Assembly: GCA_000320545.1 (NCBI GenBank)
Contig: ADNK01003008.1
Span: 1 to 58,702, forward strand
Direction of reading: 5' to 3'
Length of the DNA stretch: 58,702 bases
Origin: Bigelowiella natans CCMP2755
Taxonomy: Eukaryota; Protista; Cercozoa
Position numbers and translations under genes: made by a program
Part shown: positions 37,596 through 50,477 of the stretch, one piece after another
Position numbering within the stretch: position 1 is the stretch's first letter
How the letters are laid out: every line of letters begins with the position of its first letter
The notes under the pieces: generated by a model
Databases searched by the model: none
Told to the model about the DNA's origin: nothing
The model's input: the letters and a program-made list of their open reading frames with translations, nothing else

Positions 37596-39438
37596 ATGAA
37601 CTCTATCGTCACACCGCCATCGCCCAGACGAAGCTCCTTAAAGAGGAATTCGATGATCACGGACTTCGACGAGAAATCATGGCCATTTAGCACCATGCTT
37701 GCAGATAGCGTGAACCCTTTCGATACATGGGTAAACGATGAAACGCTACTTTCGAGCTACAATTCTGAGAGAAAACGATGCGATAGTAACATGCAAGCCC
37801 TGAAAAAAGCGAAGATTGTCAAAGACGAACAATTTTTCAAAACTCATAATGAAATACTCACAGAAGAATTACAAGAAGCCAAAAGAAGAACCCAAGAGGT
37901 AGAAGAAAAATTGAAAAAGATGGAATTAAAAATGAAGTCTCAGGAGTCCAAGGCGAGGAAAAATATAAGGGATAAAAATACTAGAATAAAGATTTTAGAG
38001 GGAAAATTAAAGAAAGCAGAAAAGTCAGAGGCAAAGTATAAAGAAATGCACTCAAAGCTCAAACTGCATAATATTCAAAACCGTCAGATCGAGGTATTGC
38101 ACACTAAACTTTTTGTAATTTTGCACGAATAGTTACACGTTAACGAAATCATTTTAGGATAAACTCTGGAGCTATACTTCGGACACAAATGAGTTCAGAT
38201 ACCCTCCCAGCATCCAAAACATGTTGAACGAAAAATGGAAAGAACTGCTCATTCAAAACGCGAGTACAATAATGATTAAGTTGGACAACCGTCAACAATA
38301 CACGATCGATTTCTTAAGTATGACCCAACAGAACAATAAAACTGGATTTCGTCGACGCATTAAGATGACGACACGGAAAGATTTATTTGACACAAAGTGG
38401 ACAAGAACCTGGGAATGCAACATCGACGACTCCAGCACAGGATGGGTAGCATACTCTGAGGAGAACCAAAAGAAACTTCGTGCGGTTTATGATGAAACCT
38501 TCATTTTGACCGGGATTATTAACGAACGTAAGTTTGAAATCGACTTCAACGATATGACTCACAGAGAGGAAGGCCTAACGATGGACACATACAAAGTAGT
38601 GTTTCCCAAGCCGTTACTAGACCATAATGATTTTTCAAAAACACCCATCCCTTCGATGACTAGTAGACCTGAGCGATCGGTATCATCAATACTTTCTCCA
38701 TCGGCGAAGGCACTTATTCCACTAATAGATTGCACAGCCGGAGATTGGATTGACCGAAATCAGGGTGCATCGCTGGGAATACCTATACCTCCACAAGCGG
38801 TCGAAATTGGGCAGCAGCGACAGTCAAATCTAGCATCCTCGTCGAGATCCCAAATCCCCTCAACATCTTCCGAATCTCAGGGACAGATAAAACGTACGCT
38901 GACTTCATCGACTCCTATTTCAAAGGACGCAAGTGAATACGTATTTGTGTTTGGCCAGTTTTTCCTCAATTGCGACAAAGATCTAAAAAAAAAGGTGAAC
39001 ATTACAAGGATCGATGCATACGAAACCCCGAAATTGACATCGCAATATCTGATGATGAAGTCTAAAATAGAGCATGGTTTAATGCAAGAAGGACTCATCA
39101 GCGAGGAGATGTGGGTCTACCATGGGACGAAGTCCACACGAATAGACGACATAATGTCAAGTGGTTTCAAAATTGGGGGAATAGACGCTGTAAAGGCCAA
39201 CGGAAGCGCTCATGGCCTCGGAATCTACACGTCAAAGACCCCGATGGATCCGATAAAATACTCTTCGGTAGGAGTGTGTCGGCATCGAAAGAAAAAAGGA
39301 ATGATCATCATGGCACGATCGATTGTTGGGAAAAAAGATGTGCACTCATGGAGCCCCACCAGCAACAAAGACTGGATGGTATTTCGAAGATCAGAACAGC
39401 TTTTACCCAGCTACGTGGTTCACTATGAGTTTTCGTAA
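37596..39438 (+). CDS. Coiled-coil + tandem WWE + PARP catalytic-like (probable mono-ADP-ribosyltransferase) protein
   Basis: One intron at about 38093-38157. WWE1 LWSY...YTIDFLSMTQQNNKTGFRRRIK, WWE2 WECN...GWVAYSEENQ...FEIDFNDM. PARP motifs VYHGT, HGLGIYTSK, IKYS, IIMARSIVG and DWMVFRRSEQLLPSYVVHY. Confidence 0.88.
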
Positions 39439-39645
39439 AGTTTAGACGCTTTTAACCGTCTGTAAGATATTAACGCATTCAAGCCTATCGCTGCTTCAAA
39501 GAAAGGGTAGGTAATATAAAAGGTGTCCAGAACATTTTCATCCGCAAGAAGATTGCATTCCATCTCAGCGTTGTCTATAAAATGTTCCTAAAACTAGTCG
39601 TTGGCACTGACATCGAGCCCGTTTTTCGAGCATTAGGAAGTATGT

Positions 39646-39810
39646 AACAGAATTCTTGCTATTAAGGCAAACGATAACAAAGATCGCGATAGCTCGCGAA
39701 TGTGTTATTTAATAGATATAGAACATCAGAACAGCATTCTCGCTATCAAGGCCAAGAATATGATAGATCGTGGTAGTTAGTAAATGTATTTTTATTAGAC
39801 GCAGTATCAG
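39646..39810 (+). repeat. Diverged tandem duplication of about 84 bp
   Basis: aacagaattcttgctattaaggc...agatcgcgatagctcgcgaatgtg...agatatag versus aacagcattctcgctatcaaggc...agatcgtggtagttagtaaatgta...agacgcag. Confidence 0.75.
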
Positions 39811-40327
39811 ATATGTATAAATCAGATACCACTACTAGTCAAAATTAGAGATTGTTGAGAATGTAGCCAATTCTTTGCTTTGTTGTTGATTACTAACGTA
39901 ATGTAGTTAATCATAACTTGCCAAGTCTCAAATTCACAATTTATAATTTGTGGCATTGTTCGAAAGGCGTACGGCAAATATAGCTGAAGGACGGCGTTTT
40001 TTAAAAAACACATATATTGGTATATTTGCACATGCACTAAATCTACAGATGCACACATAGCACATGCTAGCATGCTAGCATGTCGTCCGGCTCTTACATA
40101 ACCTCTACGGCGCGTATGATAATGATGCAGTCGTGTGCCATGTGTATGCTGGCTATACATAAGTAAACAGTTGGATGGTAATGATGCTTTCAAAATATTA
40201 AGAATACTGGCACTTATTTTTGTGCAATACGCGCTACCGTACGCTCACGCGCGACAAGACGTCGTATCGACATGATGTGAACTTGACGTTACTGAGCAAA
40301 CGCGTCGCTAGATATCATGACTTCATT

Positions 40328-40914
40328 CTACTGTAACTCAAGCATCGAAGCAGTTTTTGCTTTGTGCATCGCGTTTCGGAGTTGGCCACGCAATCGCTTG
40401 GTACGGCCTTCATTTTCTTCTACTATATCACAACGATCGATAAAACCGCTGCGACTTCGGTCAGCCTTTTTAAACTCATGCTGGATGGCCTGTGTACGTT
40501 AAGGACGAACTCAGGTGCTTTTTTGGAACAAAATAGCTCAATGAAAAGAAAAAGAAAAGGAAGGAAAACTCTTTACGCTTACGATCTGTTCTCCCTAGAA
40601 TTCAAGCAGCAAAAATGCTTTATGATATGTTTTAACCGCAGGGTTTCCCCCGCGAATCAGACGCGAATCGCTCTGTTTAAAAACACTAAAAATCCAATCA
40701 TATCGGCATATGCTACCAGCAACGTCGCTACGTCGGCCTCAGAGGACAGAAGGCCGAGTTCATCGAGGCAAATGAAGACAAACTCAGCCATGTCTATCCG
40801 GTTGTCGTTGTTCACATCACCGAGCTCCAGGAAACGATTAAAATCCTACGAAAGATCGTCAGTTTCAGGCATTAGTGCATGGAAATATGTAAATGGTGTG
40901 CGCGCCCGCGTGTT

Positions 40915-40945
<31 letters not shown>

Positions 40946-42318
40946 GTTTGTATCACCACCGGATTCATTGCAAACTGGTTTCTTTGCTACCATGATGATG
41001 ATGATACTCTAATCTCCATCTTCACCATTATTCTATTTGCTTCTCACTACGTGTGCTGCTAATGATAGAACCTCACCTGCTGCGTCATCTTCTCATCAAT
41101 CATAGCTAGGATTTTCCTCCTCCTGCATTTCGCACACACACACACACACACACGCACGCACACACACACACACAACAGCATCATCCTCAGCTTCCGCTGC
41201 TAGACCAAAGGCCGTACGAAAATGCCTACTACTACTACTACTACTACTACTACTATCATGCTGCTAATACCTAATAACACCCGCCCAAACATTGAGACCG
41301 GTGGTAATCATAGCCCCGAACGAGAAAACCGATAGAACCACGACTTTCATAAGTGAATTTTGCAGGGGAAAAGCAGCGAAGATGTGATGAAACAGGCTGC
41401 TGGGTCATCATAATAGTGCTTAGAAATCATTATCGATCGTTATTGCCAAGCTTATTTAAGCTGTTTTGTAGGATTCGTCGATGTAAGATCAAGAGTTTAA
41501 GTATATATATATATATATATATATATATTGTGGAGAACATCATTGTGGTGTTGTCGCGAGAGTAGCGAGTAGTATATACACGCGCGCATACACAGTATGC
41601 GATGATGGCGGCTAGTACTGTGAGTAGAGTTGATTAATTATCTCTTATTACAGAAGATTGCCCAGATTTTTGTGTCCCTGTCATCGTGCATTTTCGAGGC
41701 GTTCTCGTCTCCATACCCAACGGTAGAGATCGTAACCGTCACCTGCGAGGCGGGGGAAAATATATGAGTCTGTGCATGCTTTACATAGGAAATTTCATTC
41801 GTTTGGATTGCATCTCTGAGCCGTGGCGCATTTGGGTGGTGATTGCGATTTATTTTTCCAGGTAGCCTTACGAAATAGAACGCATTCAGCCATTCCAGAC
41901 CTCCAACGAACTTGGTGACGATACGGGGGGAGGGGGGAGGGTTAGCAGGGACATTAGGTTTTGAAAATCGTGGCTTGTACGAAAAGAGACGGAAAACTAG
42001 AATAAAAAAGAATTCTGTTTGAGAATGCAAGCATCGTCATCGTTTTTCTGCTGCAAGCAAGTTAGTACATATGCGTTGGTTCAAACGTGTGACTTAATAT
42101 TAGTGAATTCAGGCACGGGGTTAAGGATGCTGCTATCTTACCACGCTCCATCCAACGCCCACGATATAAATGGCAAGAAACAACGATATGATGATAATGA
42201 TGCCGACTCGGACTTCTCTTTTCTGTAAATCATAGGAATAACAACAGCGCATGGGCACGCCTTCAGCGCTACGATTTTTGTATACCCTTTCGAATTTTCA
42301 CGTTGGAAGTCTCGCATT

Positions 42319-42349
<31 letters not shown>

Positions 42350-42392
42350 AAGAGAGGGAGAGGGAGAGGGAGAGAGAGAGAGAGAGTCGACG

Positions 42393-42441
<49 letters not shown>

Positions 42442-42693
42442 AGCGCATGTCTGTACACACGGACTTCGAATAATGAGAAGCTAAGTATTTAAACGTGGTG
42501 AACGGAGTCCCCACCCTCTCCCATTGACTGGTTAAAGCATTCCGTGCTAGTGCTACTACGACTGCTACTACTAGGATACCGACGATTACCCCCTTCCTAC
42601 GCAGAATTTGCCGGAGACCGTGATCTCTCCCCTCGCTGTCAACAGTAGTTGTGTCCTTTGGAGAAGAGATAGATAGATAGGTAGAGAGAGGGG

Positions 42694-42725
<32 letters not shown>

Positions 42726-42848
42726 GAGACAGAGAGAAGCACGCAATGAGGAAGAAGAAAACACGATATTTTTGCAACGACTGTTGCTCATCAATTACGT
42801 ATGCATACGCTCATCGTGCTTCTTGCTGCAGCACAACGGTACGTACAT

Positions 42849-42926
<78 letters not shown>

Positions 42927-44153
42927 CAACAGAAAAAAAGAAGGATTAGTCACTACATTAATCCCTCTTAGCTCTTGCAGGAACACCGCCTGATGAGCAT
43001 CGAACATCGACTCGAAGAGATCCGCAATCAACGCGCCGACCAAAAACAACCCAAGATATATCAGTATGATTGTGCACAATTTCCCCGCGCGCGTCTCGGG
43101 AGCAATATCACCATATCCAACGGTCTAAATAGTGTTTATGATAGAAGTTATCAGAAAGGGGCTATGGTAGATCGAGCAGTGTCTGGTTAGTGGCGTGTTG
43201 TTGGCAAAGGACGTTCATATCACAAGAAAGTAAGCATGAAGAACAGGAAGAAACCCAAGGACTGGTATCGGTGAAAAGCAGAAATCAGAGAGGAGGTTTA
43301 TTTGATTGTAACCAAACATCATCGTCAAAGTGATCTACTCGATGGGTATGGTTATCACAGAGTGAGGACAGCAGCAGTTATCTGTCTTCCTAATCACATA
43401 TTCCCTTTTCGTTGATTTCCCCAGGTTCAAACTAATCCCTACTAATGGATGCATGAGAACAACCAAACTACCGTGAAAGTTATGGTGACGAAGTAGCAAA
43501 TATCCAAATAAGACCTGCGATAAGGTGGATCTTCGTGAGAACATAATGCTCGAAAATGCGAAAGTAGAAATGAAATTAGAATTGAATGGGGAGAGTACAA
43601 GGGGAGGTCAATTATCATATGTAAAACATCTGAAATATGTTTTCCAATGAACAGCGGGAGCGCTAGTGTGCAAGTTCCTTTGTAAAATATCAGAACGGCG
43701 CTGTTACGAATTACCATCCTTCCGATAAACGATAGCACGTGATGGCGACCGCAAAGTAGAGAAAGAGTGTTACGAAACATCGAAAGTAAGGATTCATGTT
43801 CTTCCAGCCAACCCAGAATCGCTCTACTATTGATTCATCAGTGCTGCTCCATCCCTTACTGCCTCGATAAGAAACAATTCAATTAGATAATCGGAAAGCT
43901 GTCGGATGGATTTTTGGACTGACGATAGCGGCTCTCTAGCGACGTGGGGGTTATTGATGGGCCCGTTCTGTGAAAGCTTGACCTCCTTCCCGTCTCCGCC
44001 AGCTGTTGTGCCCAGCTGCGAGTACATCTTCTGCCTCTCAAAGAAAGGGCGCTTCAGCTTGGAGGTAGGGGCTTGGGCCAAGCCAAGTTGATGTCGATAT
44101 TTTCGGGACCCAGCTTGTGTATTGGGTTCCGAAATATGTACAGAAATAACCAT
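40328..44153 (-). CDS. Two-pore K+ channel with C-terminal EF-hands (TPK/KCO-like), multi-exon
   Basis: Pore 1 YLDICYFVTITFT/TVGYGDIAPETRAGKLCTII. Pore 2 WLNAFYF/VTVTISTVGYGDE. EF-hands DVNNDNRIDMAE and DRSRSGFIDRCD. Stop at 40328-40330. Confidence 0.88.
42847..42925. repeat. Palindromic compound microsatellite (CA)n(TA)n(TG)n in an intron
   Basis: Read directly from the sequence. A similar palindrome lies at about 8885-8973. Confidence 0.9.
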
Positions 44154-44282
44154 GAAAACACACTGAGATTTACCCCATGCGACAATCGATTCGCTTGAAA
44201 AACCAGATTCGAACAGCCGGAGCTGGAATCTTCAGCTGAGATGCTGAGATCGAAAGGGTGGTGTCATATCAAATGAACAATC

Positions 44283-45979
44283 ATGAGTGAGAACAAGAGC
44301 AGTAAGAACTTGGACCAAGTCAGGGATGAAAGCGAGGCTATGAGCCAAGAGGTAGAATGTACGAGTGAGAACAAGAGCAGTGAGAATGAGGATGAAAGCA
44401 ACGCTGAAACCCTAGCTCCTATGGACGAAGAGTGGTTCGGAAGAGAAAGTTGGAGAATATACTCTGATTGAAAGGATCGGTAGTGGCGCTGCTGGTATTG
44501 TGTTTTTGGCTACAAGGAATGGGGAAGTGGTAGCTGTAAAGATCCAAAAGAACTTTGAAGGATCAGAGCTGGAATTGATGGTTATGGGAGATTTGAAGGA
44601 ATGCCCTCACACAGTAAACGTTAGAGACAGAGTGTTATACCGCAAGTACTTGCACAGTGATGTCACCGAGGAGCCATCTGAGACTTCTGCAATTGTAATG
44701 GATTATTGCAGCAGAGGAATGCTTTTTCGTTATCCAGGTCGATTTAAGAATAGGATTGGGCTTGTTAGGTTTTAATTTAAACAGCTTGTCACAGCCGTCA
44801 AAGCTATGGAGGAAAAAAAAATCATTCAATCGCGATCTAAAGCCAGGAAATATAATGATAGCATAAAATGGAGAACTAAAAGTCATTGATTTTAGACATT
44901 GTGTATTTGGTGAAGAAGCAAAAGGCAAGAGATGCGGCACCCCAGGCTATTCAGCCCCAGAAATTTCAAGTGAGGCGCAATACAGCAGCAAAGTTGACAT
45001 CTACAGCGCAGGGGTTATCCTTTTTGAAATGCTATACGGTTATAATCCAGAACTTGGCATAGAAGAAAAAAGGGTTTTCCGGGAGAAAAGCACGCGCTGG
45101 ACTAAATGGTTAATTAAAAGAGGTGTTCTGAATCTAGAAAAAAGTGACAGCGCTCAACGGCTGCTGAAGTACCTTGATGGAAGTAATATTCGTACTCCAT
45201 TTATTCTTATCTGGGAAAACGGAAGAGAGACTAAGCGAAAGGCTTGCTACAAAACAGAAGAGGCCGTCCGCATTCTTGAGGAAAAAGGTGGAGGTGTGCG
45301 ATATGGAATATACAGACTGACTGGGATGGAGTTGATTGATGCAATGATGGAAGCAACTCCTGAAAACAGGTGGGACATTGACGATGTCAGAGGACACGAA
45401 TTTGTGGCCGACGCTCCTGATTATAACGAGGAAGAGCTTAAAGGAATGCTCGACGATATGGATCGGGAAATTAACCGTGATGCAACGCTTAGAGAAAATG
45501 AGCGTAAACAAAAGGAAAAGTTGGAGAATTTAGATTCTAAAAAGATGTTCAGATCGACGGGGGCTGCGGGGAAGGATGACTGTCCATTCTTCAATGTACT
45601 GAAACTTCTGAAACTTGAAGACGATTATGACGGGATCATTAAGAATATCGAAAAGATTGGGAAAAGAGTGCCTTATCGCCCTGAGTCTGCACTAATTAAG
45701 TGTCTCACAATGTTCAAATATAAGGATGATCCAGAGGAAACTCTTGGGAGACTCATTTGTATCTTTGAAAAAACGTGGAAAGTCGTGGTTCATAAGGACG
45801 TTGAGAGCTACTCGATTCGTGTGATATGCGACAAAGCAAATTTTCCCGACGTTGACGCCTTGCTGACGGTCTTTTGGGACGAAAAGAAGGAGGTTTCTAT
45901 TGTCGAGTTCAGGAATTTGATCTCAAGTTACTTCGAATTCCAACACTTTTTTGAGGGAGTTAGGTCGGAATATTTCTAG
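44283..45979 (+). pseudogene. Intronless Ser/Thr (CAMK-like) kinase pseudogene
   Basis: IGSGAAGIV, VAVK, H[fs]RDLKPGN, DFR (for DFG), CGTPGYSAPE and VDIYSAG. Frameshifts at about 44447 and 44829, in-frame TAA stops at about 44773 and 44863. The C-terminal 316 aa are open. Confidence 0.88.
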
Positions 45980-46139
45980 ATTTGGTCGAATAAGATCAAA
46001 GTTCGCCGATATATTTGAGAGCTTAGATGCACAGAGTACGCGATAGCAACATGATATTCTGGCACCCGCGATGCAGCATCTGCATATGTGCACACGTAAT
46101 TTGAATGTAACTTGATCATACTATCTATCTATCTATCTT

Positions 46140-47400
46140 GGCCTTGCCCGAGTCCTATCTAGCCATCTGGCTGTGTGGTTCTTGCGCACGTTGTCTTGCA
46201 TCAATGCTCAGTTCCATGTTCAATGTAACCTTGTGTGTGTCCAAGTCCCGTGGGCCAGGCTTGTGTGATGAGCGCGCTTGGCTCGCTTCCTGTTGCCCAC
46301 CTGCTCATGGAGGTGTAGGCGCGTCCAGGTTTGTTGTCAGCAGTGCTCTCAGCACGACGATGCCTCGTTGGCACATCGAACAACCACGAATTCTAACCTT
46401 AAGTCTTGAGTCTTGAACCTTGAACGTTGGCCACGGTTCTAGCTCATGTGTTTTTTCCATCAATGCGTTTAATTTTCAATGTTCTTCTTCCTGCGAGCAG
46501 TGTCGGTTCGTCCGCCGAGTTGATGCTTGCGTGTCTGATCCACGACGACGCACGCTGGCGGCACGTGCCGCTGCGCCCAGCTGACTTTGCAGGCAATGCA
46601 GGCATTCTGCAGTGGACGCGTTGCACAAGCTAGTCTAGAAGTCACCAGTGAGCCTTAGATGCATGATTGGAAATGAGGAGTGATCGAGACACGTCGCTGA
46701 GCAACACACTTGCCTAGTTGCAAGCAGCAGTTCGTGCCAAGGTGAGAAGAACAGATGTTCCAAAGGAGTGCTAGAGTGCTTTTGCCATGCTGGAGTTTAG
46801 ACTGTGCTAGTGTGCAACACGATGCATGGATGTCACATCGCCCATGATCACGCACTGTTTTATTGGTGATGATGGCTATGGATGGCTGCATCATGCACGT
46901 GCACGTGCGAAGTTCATTGCGGCACAGCTAGACAAAGCAACATGACGTGCATGTCATGTGCAAAACACATTGCATGTCCATCATCGCCGCAATGGACTCA
47001 GCTAGCTGACAACAAAATCCGAACCGCAGATCTAGACATGCATGCGATGTACAATGTCGCCCTGGTCAACTCTCGCAACATCCTTCTTTTGCGCTTTTTG
47101 ATGAAAACACGACTGTGCATGCCATGGCAAACTTACACTTGCGTTTCACCAAAGGTGCTTGCGCCAATTAGCTCTAAAACCGTGCGCAGATAGCGTCTCT
47201 CTAGCTCTGCACAGATCAAAGAAATGTCCTGCATGCGGCGCATCGATCGATTTGAATTTATGTTTCACTCGATGTTCAACACGCCCATGTTCAGTGTTCA
47301 CGACATTGGCTGATTCTTCGTCCTACATAGCATGCCTAGAGTAACTTTGTGTTGCACAGCTAGCGTACCGTCATCGGCGTGTAGACATGCCCTCAAATTC
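46140..47400. other. TpA-depleted, CTAG-retaining intergenic island
   Basis: Surviving TA are mostly CTAG, with TTAG/CTAT next. Shares the motif cattgcatgtccatcat (about 46968-46984) with the 35.7-35.9 kb repeat. Confidence 0.8.
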
Positions 47401-47600
47401 ACCAGCAAGTACCTGCGCAATGGTTTTTGTTTCAAACTCGAGTATTAGGTACGAATCTAGCGAATGAGCTGAAGTGACCAGCTTTACAATGAAAAGACGC
47501 TTTCCAGAAAAACACCGTGGATCTCATGGAAATTCTTTCGGTGTCCAAAGGCATTCGAACGTCGCAGAATCAGAGGAAATAGGTGCACTTACTTATAAGA

Positions 47601-50477
47601 TTATTTTTGAAAATAAATCCCAATTTTCTTCAAGACGCTACGATAGAAACCAAAAAATCCGTGCCAACTGCTCCGAACTCCAGTTGGACACACAAAAACA
47701 GATGCTGTATGTTTTAACTTAGTAACGACAACCTTCTCTTTTAGCTCTGGCTTTAACTTCCAACAGTTTGGCTCAGCTCCAGTGAGCTTATAAACAGTCT
47801 TTTCCAGGCGGCGGAAGAAATTTGTGTTGTCGAGAATGCCGTTCATATGGCCCGTGACGATACAATAGCTTCCGTCAAAGGGGGGGGTGTGATGGGCCAA
47901 ATGCTTGCGTTTGCTTAAGAGGATGCCAAATTGCTGCATCTAACAAAAGACGAATATGACGGCAACGATATACAATTCAGACATTCGAATGGCTACAGCT
48001 TCTTATCCGACAAGAATGACGATGAAATTGCAGAACAGCAACAAATGGCGTGATGAAAGCCAACACTATAGCATATTGAATCGTACAGCTATTACGACTA
48101 TTTTTCTCTTATCAATCACCTTAGAGATAGCTGGGGGCGTCTTTATCATGTGAGAGAGTTTGTGAAACTCCTGACCTAATATCTGCATGTTGAAGAAGAC
48201 AACGGCAGCGATTTCCCACCTAATATCCATTAAATGTAGTGGGAACTAGTTACTGATGAATGCAGGATCTCCAATCTCCAATGCAAAATCAATGAATTGA
48301 TGCTGAATTCGGGATAATAGGTTACGCACCCCCATAGCCCACTGCCAAACGTCGATACAGCAGCCTGGATGTACGGACGAATGCAGACAAGGATAATTCA
48401 AAATCAGCAGGGAAATTGTACGCTCTGGAACGATTTCGATGCTCAAAAGGATGTCAGAAACAGGAACCTTGTAGGGATATATGTGGACAATAATATGTGG
48501 ACAATAGTACCATCGAAAGTAGGAAGAGACACGGCAGCGCAATTTTGTAGACGTTATTGAAAAACGGCCTGCATTGGTTTCGTTAACGAGTGTCACATGA
48601 GCTATGAGATATAGAACTATTCGCGGCCGGCTATTCGAAATGCTTATTGTTGTGATTGTTGTATGTCCTTCAGGCACTCGTTGAAGAATTGTTTAAAGAA
48701 ATTGAAATAAAAGTGCTTTAGACTCTGTTCTTTGAGTTGCTTAAGGGTAAGTCGCAGAAGGAAAATCATCGTATTCTGCGACTACTCTAATGCAACACCT
48801 GTGCGTAATTGTCCAAGGAGCAGAATGGTGGCCTGATAATTAATGATGTAAGACCTCAGTTTTGCTGCAATGACGAAGAGATCATCAAACTCGAGGAGTT
48901 GTGACGGCTCCGAAGAAATTAATGCTTTCAGGTCTACAATAATGAGCTGCCAAAATGACCTTGGAAGGAGTGGATAATAGAGCCCATGATCGGGGTATTA
49001 ATGTCACCATAATTATCGACAGACCAGTGGAAAATTCCGGAGAAAAAATCGGCGAATAACATCGTAAAAGAAGCCACAAGCAGTGCTATGACAGGATCAA
49101 TCGCCGACGCCGACAGTGATATGTACTTGAAGGCATCTACGGAAGGGGGGGGAGGGGTGCGGTGTTAATTCATGACTTCCTTACAACATTCAGAGAGTCT
49201 CCTCTCTTGCCTATAAACTCTCACCCCTCCCCTCATTACACACATCACATGCATCACATGCTTTCTTGTCAGGCTATACCGGCAAGCAGAATGGCAGAGA
49301 GACCCCAAACTGCAATCGTCGTCGCTCTTTGCACGTTCGTCACCTGGTTGTTTAATGTAATAGAAACAGAGGAGAGAAGACGGTAATAAGTCGGGCAGCA
49401 GGAGCAAAGGCATATGAAGGTATATTCAGATATCGAAGCAATATCTTCTAAATCAGATTCCAGCTTGCGCGAGAAACTCATCGCCACTGGCTACCAAATT
49501 CACAACATGCGATATATTTTCTGCAGGCCACGAAGAGGCTTTCATCATTGTCAATAGTCCCACCTCGGTGCTATCTCCTTCCACCCACATCTCTGGCTGC
49601 TTGCCCCTTGCCTTCTTCGCGGTTCGCTCGAAATTTTGCACTGAGGAGGGGGAAGAGAAGTCTAGCTGTTGCTCTTGCTGCGCCTGCAATTGTTGGGACT
49701 GTGCAGATGGAGAAGACGAGGAAGATTCCTCGTTTTCAATTGAGAGACGTAGCGCAGCCTTTTGTATTAGATATATATATTGATTCCACAACCAAACAGT
49801 CGTTAGTCGTCATACAATCACCTCTCTGGTTACGTTATTTACAACAAAGAAACCGAGGAGGATGTTTTAAGTTTAAATTTGAAGCTTATTTTGCAACTAC
49901 GCTGAGGAAAACTATATCCTAGCACCACCCAAAAAATCCAAAAAAAATCTTGAGGCAGAAAAGAAAATCCCGCCGAGGACAACGTCGGTTCAGAGAAAAT
50001 TCCAAAGGATATCATCAATCAATGCACGAACCTCGTAGGCATCAAGTGTCGGCTGAGAGGGAGGAGCCTCTTCCCTCAAAACCTCGGCGGTAGTTGACCT
50101 CCCTTGTAGCTTTCGAAGAAGATTCTGGCGATGACCAAGCTCATGGAGAGATCGAGAAGCACTCAAGATCCTACCATTCAACGAAACAGCAGGAATTAAT
50201 GGGAAAATAACTCACTAACTATGCATGGTTTCTCTTCTTTTTTCGGGTATGGGTTCTCTCCAAGTGGTTCGACATCAGCAGCGAATCAATAGTTCGCGGA
50301 ATTATTGCTGCTAGAAATTTGCTCACGGTTCGGCTTTCTTCTTTTTCTTCTTTTTTCTAATCACCGAGGCCGTGCTCCAGTGGTTGCTCGTACTGCTGGG
50401 GGACGGAGGGTCTGCACTCTCTGCCCACGGAGAGGCACAGAAAGGATGGCAACAGTCGCTATAGCTCCAAAGACCAT
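47601..50477 (-). CDS. FAD4: FAD4/TMEM189-family lipid desaturase with bipartite plastid-targeting leader, multi-exon
   Basis: ADFFSGIFHWSVDNYGDINTP...FQG/HHSAPWTITHR, QEFHKLSH and KHLAHHTPPFDGSYCIVTG...FFRRLE are the His boxes of FAD4/TMEM189. N-terminus MVFGAIATVAILSVPL followed by an R/A/P-rich segment. Confidence 0.9.
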
